Notes: generated by a model not told the origin, from the sequence alone. A stretch of DNA of 64,000 bases from Eledone cirrhosa (GCA_964016885.1 OZ024741.1:180234001-180298000), one strand, 5' to 3'. Shown: positions 45,030 through 58,160, counted from the stretch's first letter. Translations and numbers: made by a program.

Positions 45030-45269
45030 TATATATATATATATATATATTAAAATAACAGATTAAAGTTTAATCAAAGAATCGCTGCTTTCACACTTAA
45101 TAGGATCTTCTGAAACTAAAAAAATCAATCTGTAAACACAGATGTAAATATTTCGAAAAACGTTGCAACCGAAGGAAAACAGGAAGACGATACTTTGGTT
45201 CGTGAAGATGTTCCCTGGCATAAGAATATATATATATACACACACACTATATATACACATATACACACA

Positions 45270-45559
45270 CACACTGATCGCGTCATAATGACTTAATGCA
45301 GACACCAGGCATACAGACAGATATTATAAGGGCGTGACGTTATATCTATGTATCTATCTAAAAAGAGAAAGAGTAAGAATTATAGACAGGGATCGCTAAA
45401 TCGCCTAGGGCATTGAAAATTTAAAAAAATGTTTGCTAAAAACACGCACGGGACCATAAGTATTACATGTGTAAAAAAAACTAGGTTGGGTGGTTCTCGA
45501 GTTTTAGTGATTGGACAGACAGACAGACAAACAGACATTCTCTGTTTTAGTAATATAGA
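45270..45559 (-). mobile_element. 5' part of a related Helitron in the opposite orientation
   Basis: Minus strand begins A|TCTATATTACTAAAAC and matches about 44440-44720 (CTAAAACTCGAGAACCACCCAACC). Confidence 0.78.
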
Positions 45560-46019
45560 TTAGTGCTAACTTAATGTTTAGTTTTATGATTTCATGCATT
45601 TTATATTAAGTTTTACAAGGTTTCTTGATAATGTCCTCTTCTATTCTTTAATTGTATTTTGTGTATATTTTTTCTGTATTATGCTACAGCTTGGCCCATA
45701 AGTTTATGAGAATACCTGCTGTTAATTAGTGTTTGTTTTATTATGTAGGTTACTTTGTGGATTCCTTCTGGCGTTTCGTTTGTTGAAAGTAATTTAAATG
45801 ATCTTCTAATTAAGGATTTCGCCATTAAAAGTTTATATCTGGGAGAACATTTACTGCCTCAATGTATGGACCCATAACTCTTGAAGGAGTCATAGGGGCG
45901 CCGTAGTGACATACGGCGTGTCTTGGATTTTTGACACCTGGCAGATCCCATCACCTCCCCACAGGCTGGAAGACAGCCGATTTCTTCCAGAGAGAAAGTG
46001 ATAGAGAGGAAGTGGGAAA

Positions 46020-46200
46020 GAAATATAGGGTACGAATCGACGCCAGTACTGGACTAGTACTTTTTTTTTTATCAAATTTGGAAGGATGAAAGGTGCAGTT
46101 AACCTAGGTGGGATTTGAACTCAGAAAGTGCAGGGAGCTGGAACGAATACCGCAAAATATTGTATCCAACGTTCTAACGACTCTGTCAATTCGCTGCCCT
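46020..46200 (-). mobile_element. Decayed SINE
   Basis: GGATGAAAGG core, GGGATTTGAACTCAGA. Confidence 0.72.
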
Positions 46201-46356
46201 CCATGAAAATACATATTCATTTATTTCTGTGTTTGATGTAAACGGGTGTGCTGTGTCTTGTCTCCTATCTGATTGTTTGTCTAGAAATAGAGTCGTTGTA
46301 TAACTAAAAGTTTTATTTGTATTATTATTGTTCTGCTGTTGAATGTTAGTATAAAA

Positions 46357-46554
46357 CAGACCTGCCAACCTCTAAAAACCCAAACGGGGAGTACCATAAA
46401 AAATAAATGTCCCCACAACGAGGATAAATTATGCAATATGGGGGGGATTTTACATAATGAAAGCTATACCCATTTTCACAAGAGAAGACATCTCTCACCC
46501 ACCCCAAAGTGTGTGGGAGCTCTCCCCGCCGGACGAGGAGAGTTGACAGGTCTG
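46357..46554. mobile_element. MITE (198 bp), same family as 15077-15271
   Basis: TIRs CAGACCTGCCAAC / GTTGACAGGTCTG; flanks ATAAAA and GTAAAA (6-bp TSD with one mismatch). Confidence 0.85.
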
Positions 46555-46559
46555 GTAAA

Positions 46560-47100
46560 ATTGTTTTCTAGGTCTTCCTTAGATGTCTGGACGTCTTCTG
46601 CTGTGTCCATTACGATGAGCATATCGTCATGTCGTCGACATATCTGGTGTGTATTGTATGTTTATATCTTAATATCAATCTGCTGTCTATTCTAGCCACG
46701 TGCACCACACCTCCTGGAACGGAGATCCTAAGGGAGAATCCGTGTCTAATCCATCTTTTGGTTTATATAATTGTCCTTGTGAACAGAGAAAAGTTATTTC
46801 TCTATTTAGTTTCTTCAAGATTTCTCGGAGTTCTTCAGATGACCATATACAGTCTTCCCCCTTTCTCTCTTTCCCCTGTATATTGTGAACCAAAGTTGTC
46901 TACATCTTGTGTGCTGATGTATTTACTTAAGATGTTACGGGTCGGAAGGTGTTCGTTAATTTTTTCTTTTTCTGTTTGTGTTTTCCTGTTCCATAGATAC
47001 ATATATATGTTGGTGCTGAATTCTCTTTCAATGCAGGTAAAATAAACGACTCTTCCTCGTACATTTATTGCTGTGGTTATCAAATTTGTCCATGAAAGCT
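46560..47100 (-). pseudogene. Degenerate Penelope-type reverse transcriptase fragment
   Basis: Across frameshifts: STQDVDNF (cf. SFDVxNLF), QGQLYKPKDGLDTDSPLGS (cf. YxQxDGLAMGSPLS) and RYVDD at about 46630-46645. Confidence 0.72.
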
Positions 47101-48148
47101 TTCTCGGAAATTATGACTTTTTATTGTTTGTATTCCTTCTTTACATCTGAAGATTCTGTTTATTCAGCTGCTCAATACCTTCCAAATAAGTAAGGTACAT
47201 GATCCATTGTTATCATTTGATCAGGCAAAAAATAATAATAATAATGATAATAATAATAACCCATTATATAATAAACTTTTTTAAAAATTAGTAATAATTT
47301 GAGTATATCTCTAAGCTCAAATATTTCTTCAGTTACATTTCCACTTGAAACTTATCAAACAATTGTATGGCAAAGAAGCAAATGATAGCCTGCATCCTTG
47401 TCTATACAGAATTGCTTGAAAAATCATATATTATTATTTTCTCCTATGACATAATTTCTCAACGTTCTTTGGTGGAGCTGGAAATGTCTTGGGAGTCAAT
47501 GTCTGACGCATGGTTAGATTAACTATTAAGCGAAATAAGCCATACTTATGGTTAAGGCGAGGCAAGCGAGGCACCATTTTATTAAAATTAATGTATTTGT
47601 CATTCCAAATTTCATTTTTGAGGAGGGGGGGGGGGGGGGGGGACATCATAATTTTTTTAATAATTAAGGCCCCAAAAGGACTTAATCTGGCCAATAGATC
47701 CAAAATTGAGGTTGTTGCTTGATCTACAACCTTCTCTAGTAGAACTGGAAATGTACGGGGTGGGGCAAGTGTCTGCCGGTAGATTCAGAATTGTGTTGTT
47801 TGATCCACAACCTTTTCTTGTAGATCTGGAATTGTCTTGAGAGTGTCACTTTCAGAGCTTGCTTTGTTTTCACACAATTTGAAATCCAGATCTTCTTCCT
47901 AATGTAGTTGGTGAACCATCTGTACAGCAGACACAGAAATGATCTCACAAAAGAACTTCTCGTTCCATGAAATATGATAAATTTTTGAAAATGTCTGAAG
48001 GCTTGACAATTGTTTCAAGAAGAGAAGAGAAGCGGACGGGGATTCTTTTAATGAATCTAAATAAACAAATCCTACAAATACCAGCAAGTGGTTCCTAAAC
48101 TTATTAGGTCATGATGGAACTATTATGTGACTTTTATAAAAGTCGAGG

Positions 48149-48183
<35 letters not shown>

Positions 48184-48252
48184 GGACAATCCCCACCACC
48201 TTAATTTTAATAAGACATTAAATGAAATAAAAATTGTTTCAGAGAGTGAATT

Positions 48253-48332
<80 letters not shown>

Positions 48333-48340
48333 GCGCGCAC

Positions 48341-48376
<36 letters not shown>

Positions 48377-48580
48377 TATAAATTCTTGTGAGTCAGAAAG
48401 AGTGTCTGTGAGAGAGAGAGAGAGAGAGATAAGAATCAATCCCAGTACTGGACTCAGAGTGCAGAGCACCCAAATGAATACCATAAATCATCTTATCAGA
48501 TGTTCTAATTATTCTTCCAATTCACCGCCATTAGTATAGTCACGTTTCATTCACCCTCTCCCTTAAGTGGTTATGCATAA

Positions 48581-48985
48581 TAATTGTTTCTACTATTGGC
48601 ACAAGGCCACCAATTACCCAGTACATTACTGGTACTTTATTTTATCGACCCCGTAAGGACGAAAGGCAAAGTTAGCCTCGGCGGGATTTGAACTCAGAAT
48701 GGCAAGGGCCGTAACTCTATGCGTCAAAGCATGGCGTCCGACCCTCTACCGATACTGATAATAATGATTTCTGAATTAGGCACAGGGCCAATAATTTCGT
48801 GTGGGTAAGGGTGGGGAAGTCGATTGAATCGATCCCAGTACTTGACTGGTACTTTATTTAACGACACCGGAAATATAAAATGCAAAGTTGACTACGGTGC
48901 GATTTAGACTCAGAACGTAGAAAGTCGTAACTAAATACTGGAAAGTATTTCGTCCAATGATCTACTGATACGACTAACCACCGAT
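48581..48985 (-). mobile_element. Two adjacent SINE copies (young 48581-48757, older 48770-48985)
   Basis: Reverse complement of the 42622 consensus. Confidence 0.85.
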
Positions 48986-49319
48986 ATCATTATACTTAAT
49001 AATAAATGAGTGTTGCTTGAGTTGAATTAAACTATCTCGTAGATTATTATTTAAATACCGCTGTATATAGAAATGATGACACGATGAAGAATTATAAACT
49101 AGTCTTTGTAAAGAAATAACAAAAGGCCTGGGGCCATGTTGTTAGAATGAAGACAATAATACTTTAAGCTGATTTTCCTTTTCCAGTATCTGGTCAGCTG
49201 AGAGTTTGCACTCAGGCATGATTTAGAAAACTGAATTGAAAACAAGAACACTATTGAATTTCTCACGTAGCACAGAAAGAAAAGCTTCTAAAGTGTTTAA
49301 TTCGTTTCATAAATTCTCT

Positions 49320-49535
49320 TTTGTTGGTTTCAGCTATTAGACTACGGACATGTTAGGGTACTATTATTTTGCTGAACATCCATGCTAGGGCACAATACTT
49401 TTACTGGTTTCAGTCATTAGACTGTAGTAATGCTAGGACACTACTCTTTTACTGGTTTCAGTCATTAGACTGTAGTCATGCTGGAGCATTACTATTTCCC
49501 TGGTTTCAGTCATTAGAGGGCTGCTATGCTTAAGT
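49320..49535. repeat. Degenerate ~48-bp tandem (CTGGTTTCAGTCATTAGACTGTAGTCATGCT...), 4-5 units
   Basis: GGTTTCAG at about 49326, 49406, 49454 and 49502; probably a reiterated SINE tail. Confidence 0.75.
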
Positions 49536-49709
49536 ATATCCTTAAAAGGATTTAGCCAATAATATCAACGACAGTACTAATTTTTTGAAAAGTCTTCAGG
49601 TTCTTTTATCGATCTCTTTTTGTTGGAGTGCTAGTTTGTGGGACACAAATATACAAACACACACATAAATAACGACTTGGACGGACAAGCATACGCACAC
49701 ACACCTGCA

Positions 49710-49751
<42 letters not shown>

Positions 49752-49984
49752 GGAGGTGAGTTTTATTGTAGTACAATAAAGCAATGCAGATATCGGATAA
49801 GAAGCACTCTACAGTTTGTAGATTTGTTGATTTAAAACTGCACTATCCACAAGTGTTTTTTAACCTTCATATCATGTCTTCCTATTTTATCTGATGAAAA
49901 CACAAATATTATTGCATGATGATATTTGTTTTTGAAATGCGCATAATAAAATACATGGAACTCTTTTAACCATCTTTTGTTCTT

Positions 49985-50041
<57 letters not shown>

Positions 50042-50274
50042 ACAAAGAAATACACAGACACATGCGAATACATACATATACATGCATATACCCACATATA
50101 TCCCTGAATTTGTGTGGTGCCAACCTTAACCGTTGTTGCTCTATGAATAATAGGGACAAAATAATCTGAATGGATTAGATTGATTCAATATCAGAGCTAT
50201 ATAATACATTATAAAGAAAGAAGAAACATTAGATATAAATAAAAAGATATAATATACCTAAATTCCTTCATTAT

Positions 50275-50640
<366 letters not shown>

Positions 50641-50734
50641 TTATTATTTTTTTTTTATTCAGAGCTTCTCTCTCCTAGAAAGGTGTTGTGACAACAACTG
50701 GGGGCCTTTCACTCCCAGATGGGGGTAAAAAAAA

Positions 50735-50836
<102 letters not shown>

Positions 50837-50843
50837 GAGTAGG

Positions 50844-50939
50844 ACCCCGACGGCTGAGCTCAAGCCGTTTCGACGGCTAATTCTGGACTAAATGAAAATT
50901 TTTATCCTGGTATATGAATAGCCGAGCTTCTCAGGGGGT
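50844..50939 (-). ncRNA. Type I hammerhead-like motif (family C) at the end of a probable pLTR
   Basis: ACCCC-CTGAGAA-GCTCGGCTA...TAGCCGTC-GAAA-CGGC(TTGAGCTCA)GCCG-TC-GGGGT. All three stems pair; the core has one deviation from CTGANGA. Confidence 0.7.
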
Positions 50940-51733
50940 AATTCCATATATGGTAAAAGTGATTGTCACAAGGATTGGTCAAAAGTTTGTTGTTGAGACA
51001 CATAATTCTATCATGACAATTTGTGGAAGGAAGGGGTAGCTGAACCTGCCAGTAGAAGAAAGAGGGAGAGGGAGAGGGAGTGGAGGAAACCCAGTCGTGC
51101 GTTGATAGTGCCAACTACAGCAGGGCAGGAGATCAAGCAAGTATACTAGGGAGTGGGAGGGGGAGGAAGTCGAAACAAAAAGTAAATCAATATGGAGTAA
51201 ATATATAGAAGAATACCAAGAATGTTAAAAATATTTTAAAAAAACAATTTCGGGTTACTATTCCCTAACGACAGTCATCAATTCTCTCACTGGTACTGCT
51301 AAACTATAGAAAAGTTTACTAGGTGGGACGGAATTGTAAAGAGACCAATTTAAGAGTTAGTAGTAATCAACCGAGTATATCTTACGGTGACAGGTCAACA
51401 AGTGGGGGGCCAAAATACTAAAGAAACTACCACGAAATAATAATTCAGAGTCCCGAAACTAATACGAAATAATTGCCTCCACCCTAGGCACAAGGCCAGC
51501 AACCACCCAGTGCAAAAAATAAACTAATACGAAATAATAATTCAGAATCCCGAAAAGGAATACTAATACTATCTCTAAGGGTGCCGCTACGATACAAAAA
51601 TCCTAGTGCAAACTACATAAATGCTCGTACGAGGTATATGAAAAATTTGATACGGAAAATTAATTCAGAATCCCCCTTTTTTTAGTACTTTGGTGCGTTA
51701 TGGTCCACCTGGTTCCTTACCACATTTCCTTCG

Positions 51734-52491
<758 letters not shown>

Positions 52492-52639
52492 ACACGGGTG
52501 TGTATGATTGTGTATAGAAGATTATATTAAGAGGAATTCCAACTTTGTCTGATTTACTCGTTTTATTTACAATCCTTTAAAATTTATAATGGTATTATAA
52601 TGAAATAGTATGATAGAATATTAAATTCTAAGTGTTAAT

Positions 52640-52678
52640 TGAACAAGTACTTTCATGCTTTCGCAATCTTCAGGTTCA
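52640..52678 (-). ncRNA. Minimal type I hammerhead ribozyme motif (family F)
   Basis: TGAAC-CTGAAGA-T-TGC(GAAA)GCA-T-GAAA-GTAC-TT-GTTCA: 5-bp stem I, intact core, GNRA-capped stem II, palindromic stem III. Confidence 0.8.
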
Positions 52679-52800
52679 TAATATGTGGTGACAGTCAAGT
52701 TTGCAATTTATATATATATACATACCGAAGTTATTTTTTCTATCTCTTCTTCTCCTTACTCTCATCTATCTTTATATTTTTTCTTTTATCTCTCATTCTA

Positions 52801-52836
52801 TCTTCTGATAAAGGACTAGCATCCGAGACGTTAAAA
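52801..52836 (+). ncRNA. Mutated copy of hammerhead family D
   Basis: TCTT-CTGATAA-AGGACTAGCATCC-GAGA-CGTT-AAAA; two core substitutions relative to 55213-55248. Confidence 0.6.
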
Positions 52837-53127
52837 CACTTTTACCATTATATCAATCGTTATCAGAATCGACTAACGTGCGCCCGTTGTGGTTCTCCCA
52901 AAACTGGATCGTGGCTTTGTTGTCACGACACGCACTGCCACTCGGGCCCATCGAATAGCTTATGTCCCCTCGTGCCTGAGAGCATGCACCCTAACTCTGA
53001 CCATGCAGCCTTCGTGCGTTGCGTTGAACAATTGGTTGAGGGCCAATCTTACCGCAAGCACGTCGATCGCGATGCCAATATATATCGCCATTTTACTGCA
53101 TCGTTCCCCGGTGTTTCTGCAATTGCA

Positions 53128-53276
53128 GTTTACCAAATTTCACTCACAAAATATTGGTCCACCCGGGGCTAACTATAACTGAAGACACCTGCCCAAGGTG
53201 TCACACAGTGGGAGTGAACCCGAAATAACCTGGTTGGCACTCGTACTCTTTAACCACACTGTCATACTTACGCCTA
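53128..53276 (-). mobile_element. tRNA-derived CORE-type SINE (third family)
   Basis: Minus strand GTGTGGTTAAAG A-box-like, GGTTCACTCCC B-box-like, CCTTGGGCAGGTGTCTTC CORE-like segment. Confidence 0.7.
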
Positions 53277-53282
53277 CATATA

Positions 53283-53465
53283 TGTGTGTGTGTGTGGATA
53301 TATGTGTGTGGATATATGTGTGTGGATATATGTGTGTGGATATATGTGTGTGGATATATGTGTGTGTATATATGTGTGTGTATATATGTGTGTGGATATA
53401 TGTGTGTGGATATATGTGTGTGGATATATGTGTGTGGATATATGTGTGTGGATATATGTGTGTAT
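53283..53465. repeat. 14-bp minisatellite GGATATATGTGTGT, about 12 copies
   Basis: Directly visible. Confidence 0.93.
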
Positions 53466-53933
53466 ATATATATATCGTCCACACCCTGTATATATATATA
53501 TATATATATATGTATGTTTATATATATATATATACATATATATATATGTTTATACACACACACCCACACACAAACACCCACACACACACACATATATATA
53601 TGTGAAGACAGCATATATATGTGTAGGTATGTATATTCCCTCTGATAGTTTGTAAAATGTTTACATAGATCTGTATGATATACATACCAACACACACATA
53701 TGTATCCTAGAAACGATCGTAAAATGATGAATTTTTTAATATAAGGAACTGTTTCTTTGTTTTTAATCATTATTTTTATTAATTTATCTTGACTCTGTTT
53801 TCCTGTGATTTTCATCGAAAAAATGTTTGAATACATCTTCTCTTTTCATGATATTTGGATTTCTTCATACGAATTGGACACTACCGTATATTTTGGCAGA
53901 TTTATCTATACATATATATATATATATATATAT

Positions 53934-54312
53934 GGAGGAGGTTATAGTTCACTTGAAGCATTGTGTAATGAGGTATAAACGTTTGTATATGTATAATAAA
54001 GCCAAAACAATGCAGGTATGGACATAGAATTACAGTTGTGAACTGGGCCTGGCTCAGGCGTAAGGAAAGGAGGAGGTTATAGTTCACTTGAAGCATTGTG
54101 TAATGAGGTATAAACGTTTGTATTGTAATTCTATGTCCATACCTGCATTGTTTTGGGTTTATTATACATATACAAACGTTTATACCTCATTACACAATGC
54201 TTCAAGTGAACTATAACCTCCTCCTTTCCTTACGCCTGAGCCAGGCCCAGTTCACAACTGTAATTCTATGTCCATACCTGCATTGTTTTGGCTTTATTAT
54301 ACATATACAAAC

Positions 54313-54316
<4 letters not shown>
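53934..54316. repeat. 135-bp unit present as ~1.4 direct copies followed by ~1.4 inverted copies, inside (AT)n
   Basis: GGAGGAGGTTATAGTTCAC at 53934 and 54069; strand switch at about 54123/54124. Confidence 0.92.
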
Positions 54317-54364
<48 letters not shown>

Positions 54365-54487
54365 CAAAGGAATTGTGATAAGGAACCAGATGGACCATAA
54401 CGCACCAGAGTACTCAATACTTAGGGTAGTAGGGTGGGAAATAGGAAAAAGTAAAACCTCCACGGCAGATAGATATGTCAATTATTC

Positions 54488-54540
<53 letters not shown>

Positions 54541-54541
<1 letters not shown>

Positions 54542-54653
54542 TGGAAAAAGTAAGACTCCGACGGCAGAGCTCACGCCGTTTCGACGGGTATTTCTGGACA
54601 GAAATAGCTGTCGAAACGGCTTGATCTCTGCCGTCGGGGTCTTACTTTTTCAA
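54541..54653. mobile_element. 113-bp palindrome made of two inverted termini of pLTR family C, inside (AT)n
   Basis: Each arm matches 50837-50888 and carries the GAAACGGC...GCCGTC half of the hammerhead. Confidence 0.8.
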
Positions 54654-54686
54654 ATATATATATATATATATATAATTAAAAGAATA

Positions 54687-54882
54687 ATTGACATATCTAT
54701 AAATAAATATTTTTAACATTAACAGGAGATAAGTTGTAAAGAATGTGAGAACATATAGCTACAAAAGGTACCATAGTTTTTGTTAAATTTTAATATGCTA
54801 CCTTTTGTAACTATATGTTCTTATATTCTTTACAAATTATCTATTGCTAATGTTTAAAATATTTATTTATATACATGTCAAT
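54687..54882. mobile_element. AT-rich fold-back element (~85-bp imperfect arms), MITE-like
   Basis: ATTGACAT...ACAAAAGGTA is inverted to TACCTTTTGT...ATGTCAAT. Confidence 0.7.
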
Positions 54883-55001
54883 CGTACTTATAATTCTATA
54901 AGAAATTTTCGGATTTATTCCTTGGTATCTTTCTTTGAGTTTCTTCTACAGGTCGTATGGCACATGCTTGAGATTTTCTCAGACATCTATATTTTTTAGT
55001 A

Positions 55002-55131
<130 letters not shown>

Positions 55132-55212
55132 GGTAAACAGAACTAACAATACAATCGGTACAATATATAGAAGGAATATATTAGGTTAACGCTTGAAATA
55201 GTAGGAAGAGGC

Positions 55213-55248
55213 TCTTAACGTTTCGGATGCTAGTCCTTCATCAGAAGA
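55213..55248 (-). ncRNA. Minimal type I hammerhead ribozyme motif (family D) in a ~160-bp insert between (GT)n and (AT)n tracts
   Basis: TCTT-CTGATGA-A-GGA(CTAGCA)TCC-GAAA-CGTT-AAGA: intact core, palindromic AACGTT stem III. Confidence 0.8.
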
Positions 55249-55289
55249 AAGAATGAAATATAAGATAGATTGAAGAGTCGGGCGGGTGG

Positions 55290-55363
<74 letters not shown>

Positions 55364-55543
55364 CTTAATGTGCTCTAACCTTACGTCACTATTGGTTCAC
55401 CAACTTGAGCACTCGATGCATAGGTTGATCCGTTTAAATATAGTATGTGGTATTATACATTTGGTGTTATACTATGGTCGGTTTCCTCATAGTGTAATAT
55501 TAATAATAAGAAGAAACGAGGTGTCAGAGTATCATCATTAAGA

Positions 55544-55697
55544 TTATTCAGGTGTGACGCGCGTTTCGCTATTGATCTGCTCAAAGTTCGATCTGTATCG
55601 TTCGGGCTCGGCTTTGGAATTAAAAGCTTATCAGACTCTTGGTTCGTTAATCGAACCTTGAGCTGATCAATAGCGAACTCGCGTCACATTTGAATAA
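55544..55697. mobile_element. MITE-like hairpin (154 bp, ~48-bp imperfect TIRs)
   Basis: TTATTCAGGTGTGACGCGCGTTTCGCTATTGATC is inverted to GATCAATAGCGAACTCGCGTCACATTTGAATAA. Confidence 0.8.
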
Positions 55698-55713
55698 ACT
55701 TACGTATGTATGT

Positions 55714-56990
55714 CAGATGGTTTAATGCCAAGACAAAAACCTTTCAGGCTTTGATCAGAGACCTTCTTTACGCCAACGACGCTGACTTCTTAGTACACAC
55801 AGAAGCTGACATGCAACACATTATGGACCGTTTCTCATCCTCGTGTACACCATTTGAGCTTACAATAATCCTTAAAAAGACCAAAGTAATGTTTACCCCT
55901 GCTCCTGGAGAACCATATACTGAACCCAATATAATGGTTGGTGGAACCAGGCTAGGAGTAGTAGATAAATTTGTCTACTTGGGTAGCACACCCTCAAATG
56001 ATGGTTCCTTGGATGCTGAAATACATCTGCGCATCCAGAAGGCCTCTGTTGCCTTCGGAAAATTAGAAAATAGAGTTTGGGCAAATCGCAACATTACTAA
56101 CAATACCAAGGTGTATGTATATAGATCATGTGTTCTGACTGCTCTTTTATACTCTGTCGAAACCTAGACGCTATTCCACAAACACCAAATTGCTTGAGCA
56201 TTTTCAGCAGAAATATCTAAGGCGCATATTCAGCATCAAGTGGCAAGACAGAACTCCTGACATCCATGTCCAAGCATTAAGTCCCAAGTGACATCTTCTC
56301 AAATGCGCTGGACAGGACATATCATCCGCATGAAAGGAACAGGATCTCGAAGCAACTGTTTTACCGTGAGCTCCATCTTGGAAAAAGACCTCAACACAAA
56401 CCGAAAATGAGGTTCAGGGACAGCATCAAGAACAACCTCGAAGAGCTGGCATTTGATATAGACAACAGGGAGGAGACAGCTCTAAATGGGGCTGGGTGGA
56501 TAAAGCGCATAAAGGGCAGTTGCAAAACTTTTGAGGAATGTCGTCTAGAACATAAACAACTGAAGTGTCAGCTCCAGTAGGGCTGTGTTAACAGTCTTGA
56601 TGAAGTCATCAGTAGTTGGACATGCAATTTCTCTCAGCGTGTACCCCTCTCAAAGACTGGTTACGTTAATCACCTGAAGTCACATGAAAGGATAACCACC
56701 TGCAACACCACTCAACAAAGACCTGGCGAAACAACGTGCATGATATGCAATAAAGTGTGTAGAAGTAGTTCCGGACTAGAAAAACACATGGTGGTGCATA
56801 AAGAGTATGTCCCACCGGGTGACCTCACCAGTCCTGTGGAAAGCACAACTCTCTTCTGTCACCTGTGTCGTAAACCATGAAGATCTACAGCTGGTCTACA
56901 AAGTCATCTACGAAGTCATGGACGCGGATGGGATGACAATGAAGAATCAATATGAGACCGCAATCGTCTGTGAAGACGCTGCAATCCTTA
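55714..56990 (+). mobile_element. 5'-truncated RTE (BovB-like) LINE with three C-terminal C2H2 zinc fingers, 3' hairpin and (TATG)n tail
   Basis: RDLLYANDADF (YADD region), KKTKVM, VDKFVYLGS, RIQKASVAFGKL, LLYSVET*, RWTGHIIRM, KPKMRFRD. Fingers CNFSQRVPLSKTGYVNHLKSH (degenerate), CMICNKVCRSSSGLEKHMVVH and CHLCRKP*RSTAGLQSHLRSH; stop at 56953-56955; TATG repeats at both junctions. Confidence 0.93.
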
Positions 56991-57442
56991 TGTATATACA
57001 TATGTATGTATGTACGTATGCATGTATGTATGTGTGTGTGTGTATGTATGTATGTGTGTGTGTTTGTGTATGTTTACATTTTTATCTATATCTGTTTATG
57101 TACCATAACTTAGCGGTTCAACCCTAAAGAGATCGATAAAATAAGTATCAGACTTTTAAAAACTCACTACTGGGGTCTATATGATCAACTGAATCCAGGT
57201 GATGTCCCAGTATAGCCGCAGTCTACTAACTGAAATAAATGAAAGAATAACGAAGTCCACGTGATGCTTTAAACAGTAATTATCTGTGGTTCAAAATTAA
57301 TGACGTAATCAAAATTTTGACCATAAAACAAATTTGAATGTTACGATTTGAACAAGCTTAGCTTATGGAAGGAAATCGAAAACCCCATCGAAATCTTTAA
57401 CAAAATGAAACGGTGCCCTAGCATGGCCTGAAACAAGTAAAA

Positions 57443-57600
57443 TAATTGTTTCTACTTTTGGCACAAGGCGAGCAAATATCCCAGTGTATTTACTGGTGCT
57501 TTATTTTATTGACCCCTTGAGGATGAAAAGCGAAGTTAACCTCGGCAGGATTTGAACTCAGCCCGTAAAGGGCCGTAACTCTGTGCTGAAAAGCGAAGCA
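57443..57600 (-). mobile_element. tRNA-derived SINE
   Basis: Reverse complement of the 42622 consensus. Confidence 0.82.
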
Positions 57601-57651
57601 TAAAAGAATACGTGTGTGTTTGTGTGTGGGTGTGTGTGAGTTGTGCACGCG

Positions 57652-58160
57652 CATGTGTAACTATGTGTATATAAGTGTGTGTGAGTGTGTAAGTGTGTGC
57701 GTGTGTACGTGTGTAACTGTGTGTATATATAAGTGTGTGTGAGTGTGTAAGTGTGCAAGTGTGTAACTGTGTGTATATAAGTGTGTGTGAGTGTGTAAGT
57801 GTGTGCGTGTGTACGTGTGTAACTGTGTGTATATAAGTGTGTGTGAGTGTGTAAGTGTGCAAGTGTGTAACTGTGTGTATATAAGTGTGTGTGAATGTGT
57901 AAGTGTGTGCGTGTGTAATTGTGTGTATATAAATGTGTGTGAATGTGTAAGTGTGTAACTGTGTGTATATAAGTGTGTGCGTGTGTAATTGTGTGTATAT
58001 AAATGTGTGTGAATGTGTAAGTGTGTAAGTGTGTAACTGTGTATATATAAGTGTGTGCGTGTGTAAATGTGTGTATATAAATGTGTGTAAGTGTGTAACT
58101 GTGTGTATATAAGTGTGTGCATGTGTAATTGTGCATATATAAATGTGTAAGTGTGCTATA
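57652..58160. repeat. GT-rich minisatellite (GTGTAACTGTGTGTATATAAGTGTGTG... units of variable length)
   Basis: Directly visible, about 11 units. Confidence 0.88.

Noticed and set aside
47430-48100. Short minus-strand ORFs possibly from a LINE C-terminus
   Set aside because: No motif I can assign with confidence; needs BLASTX.
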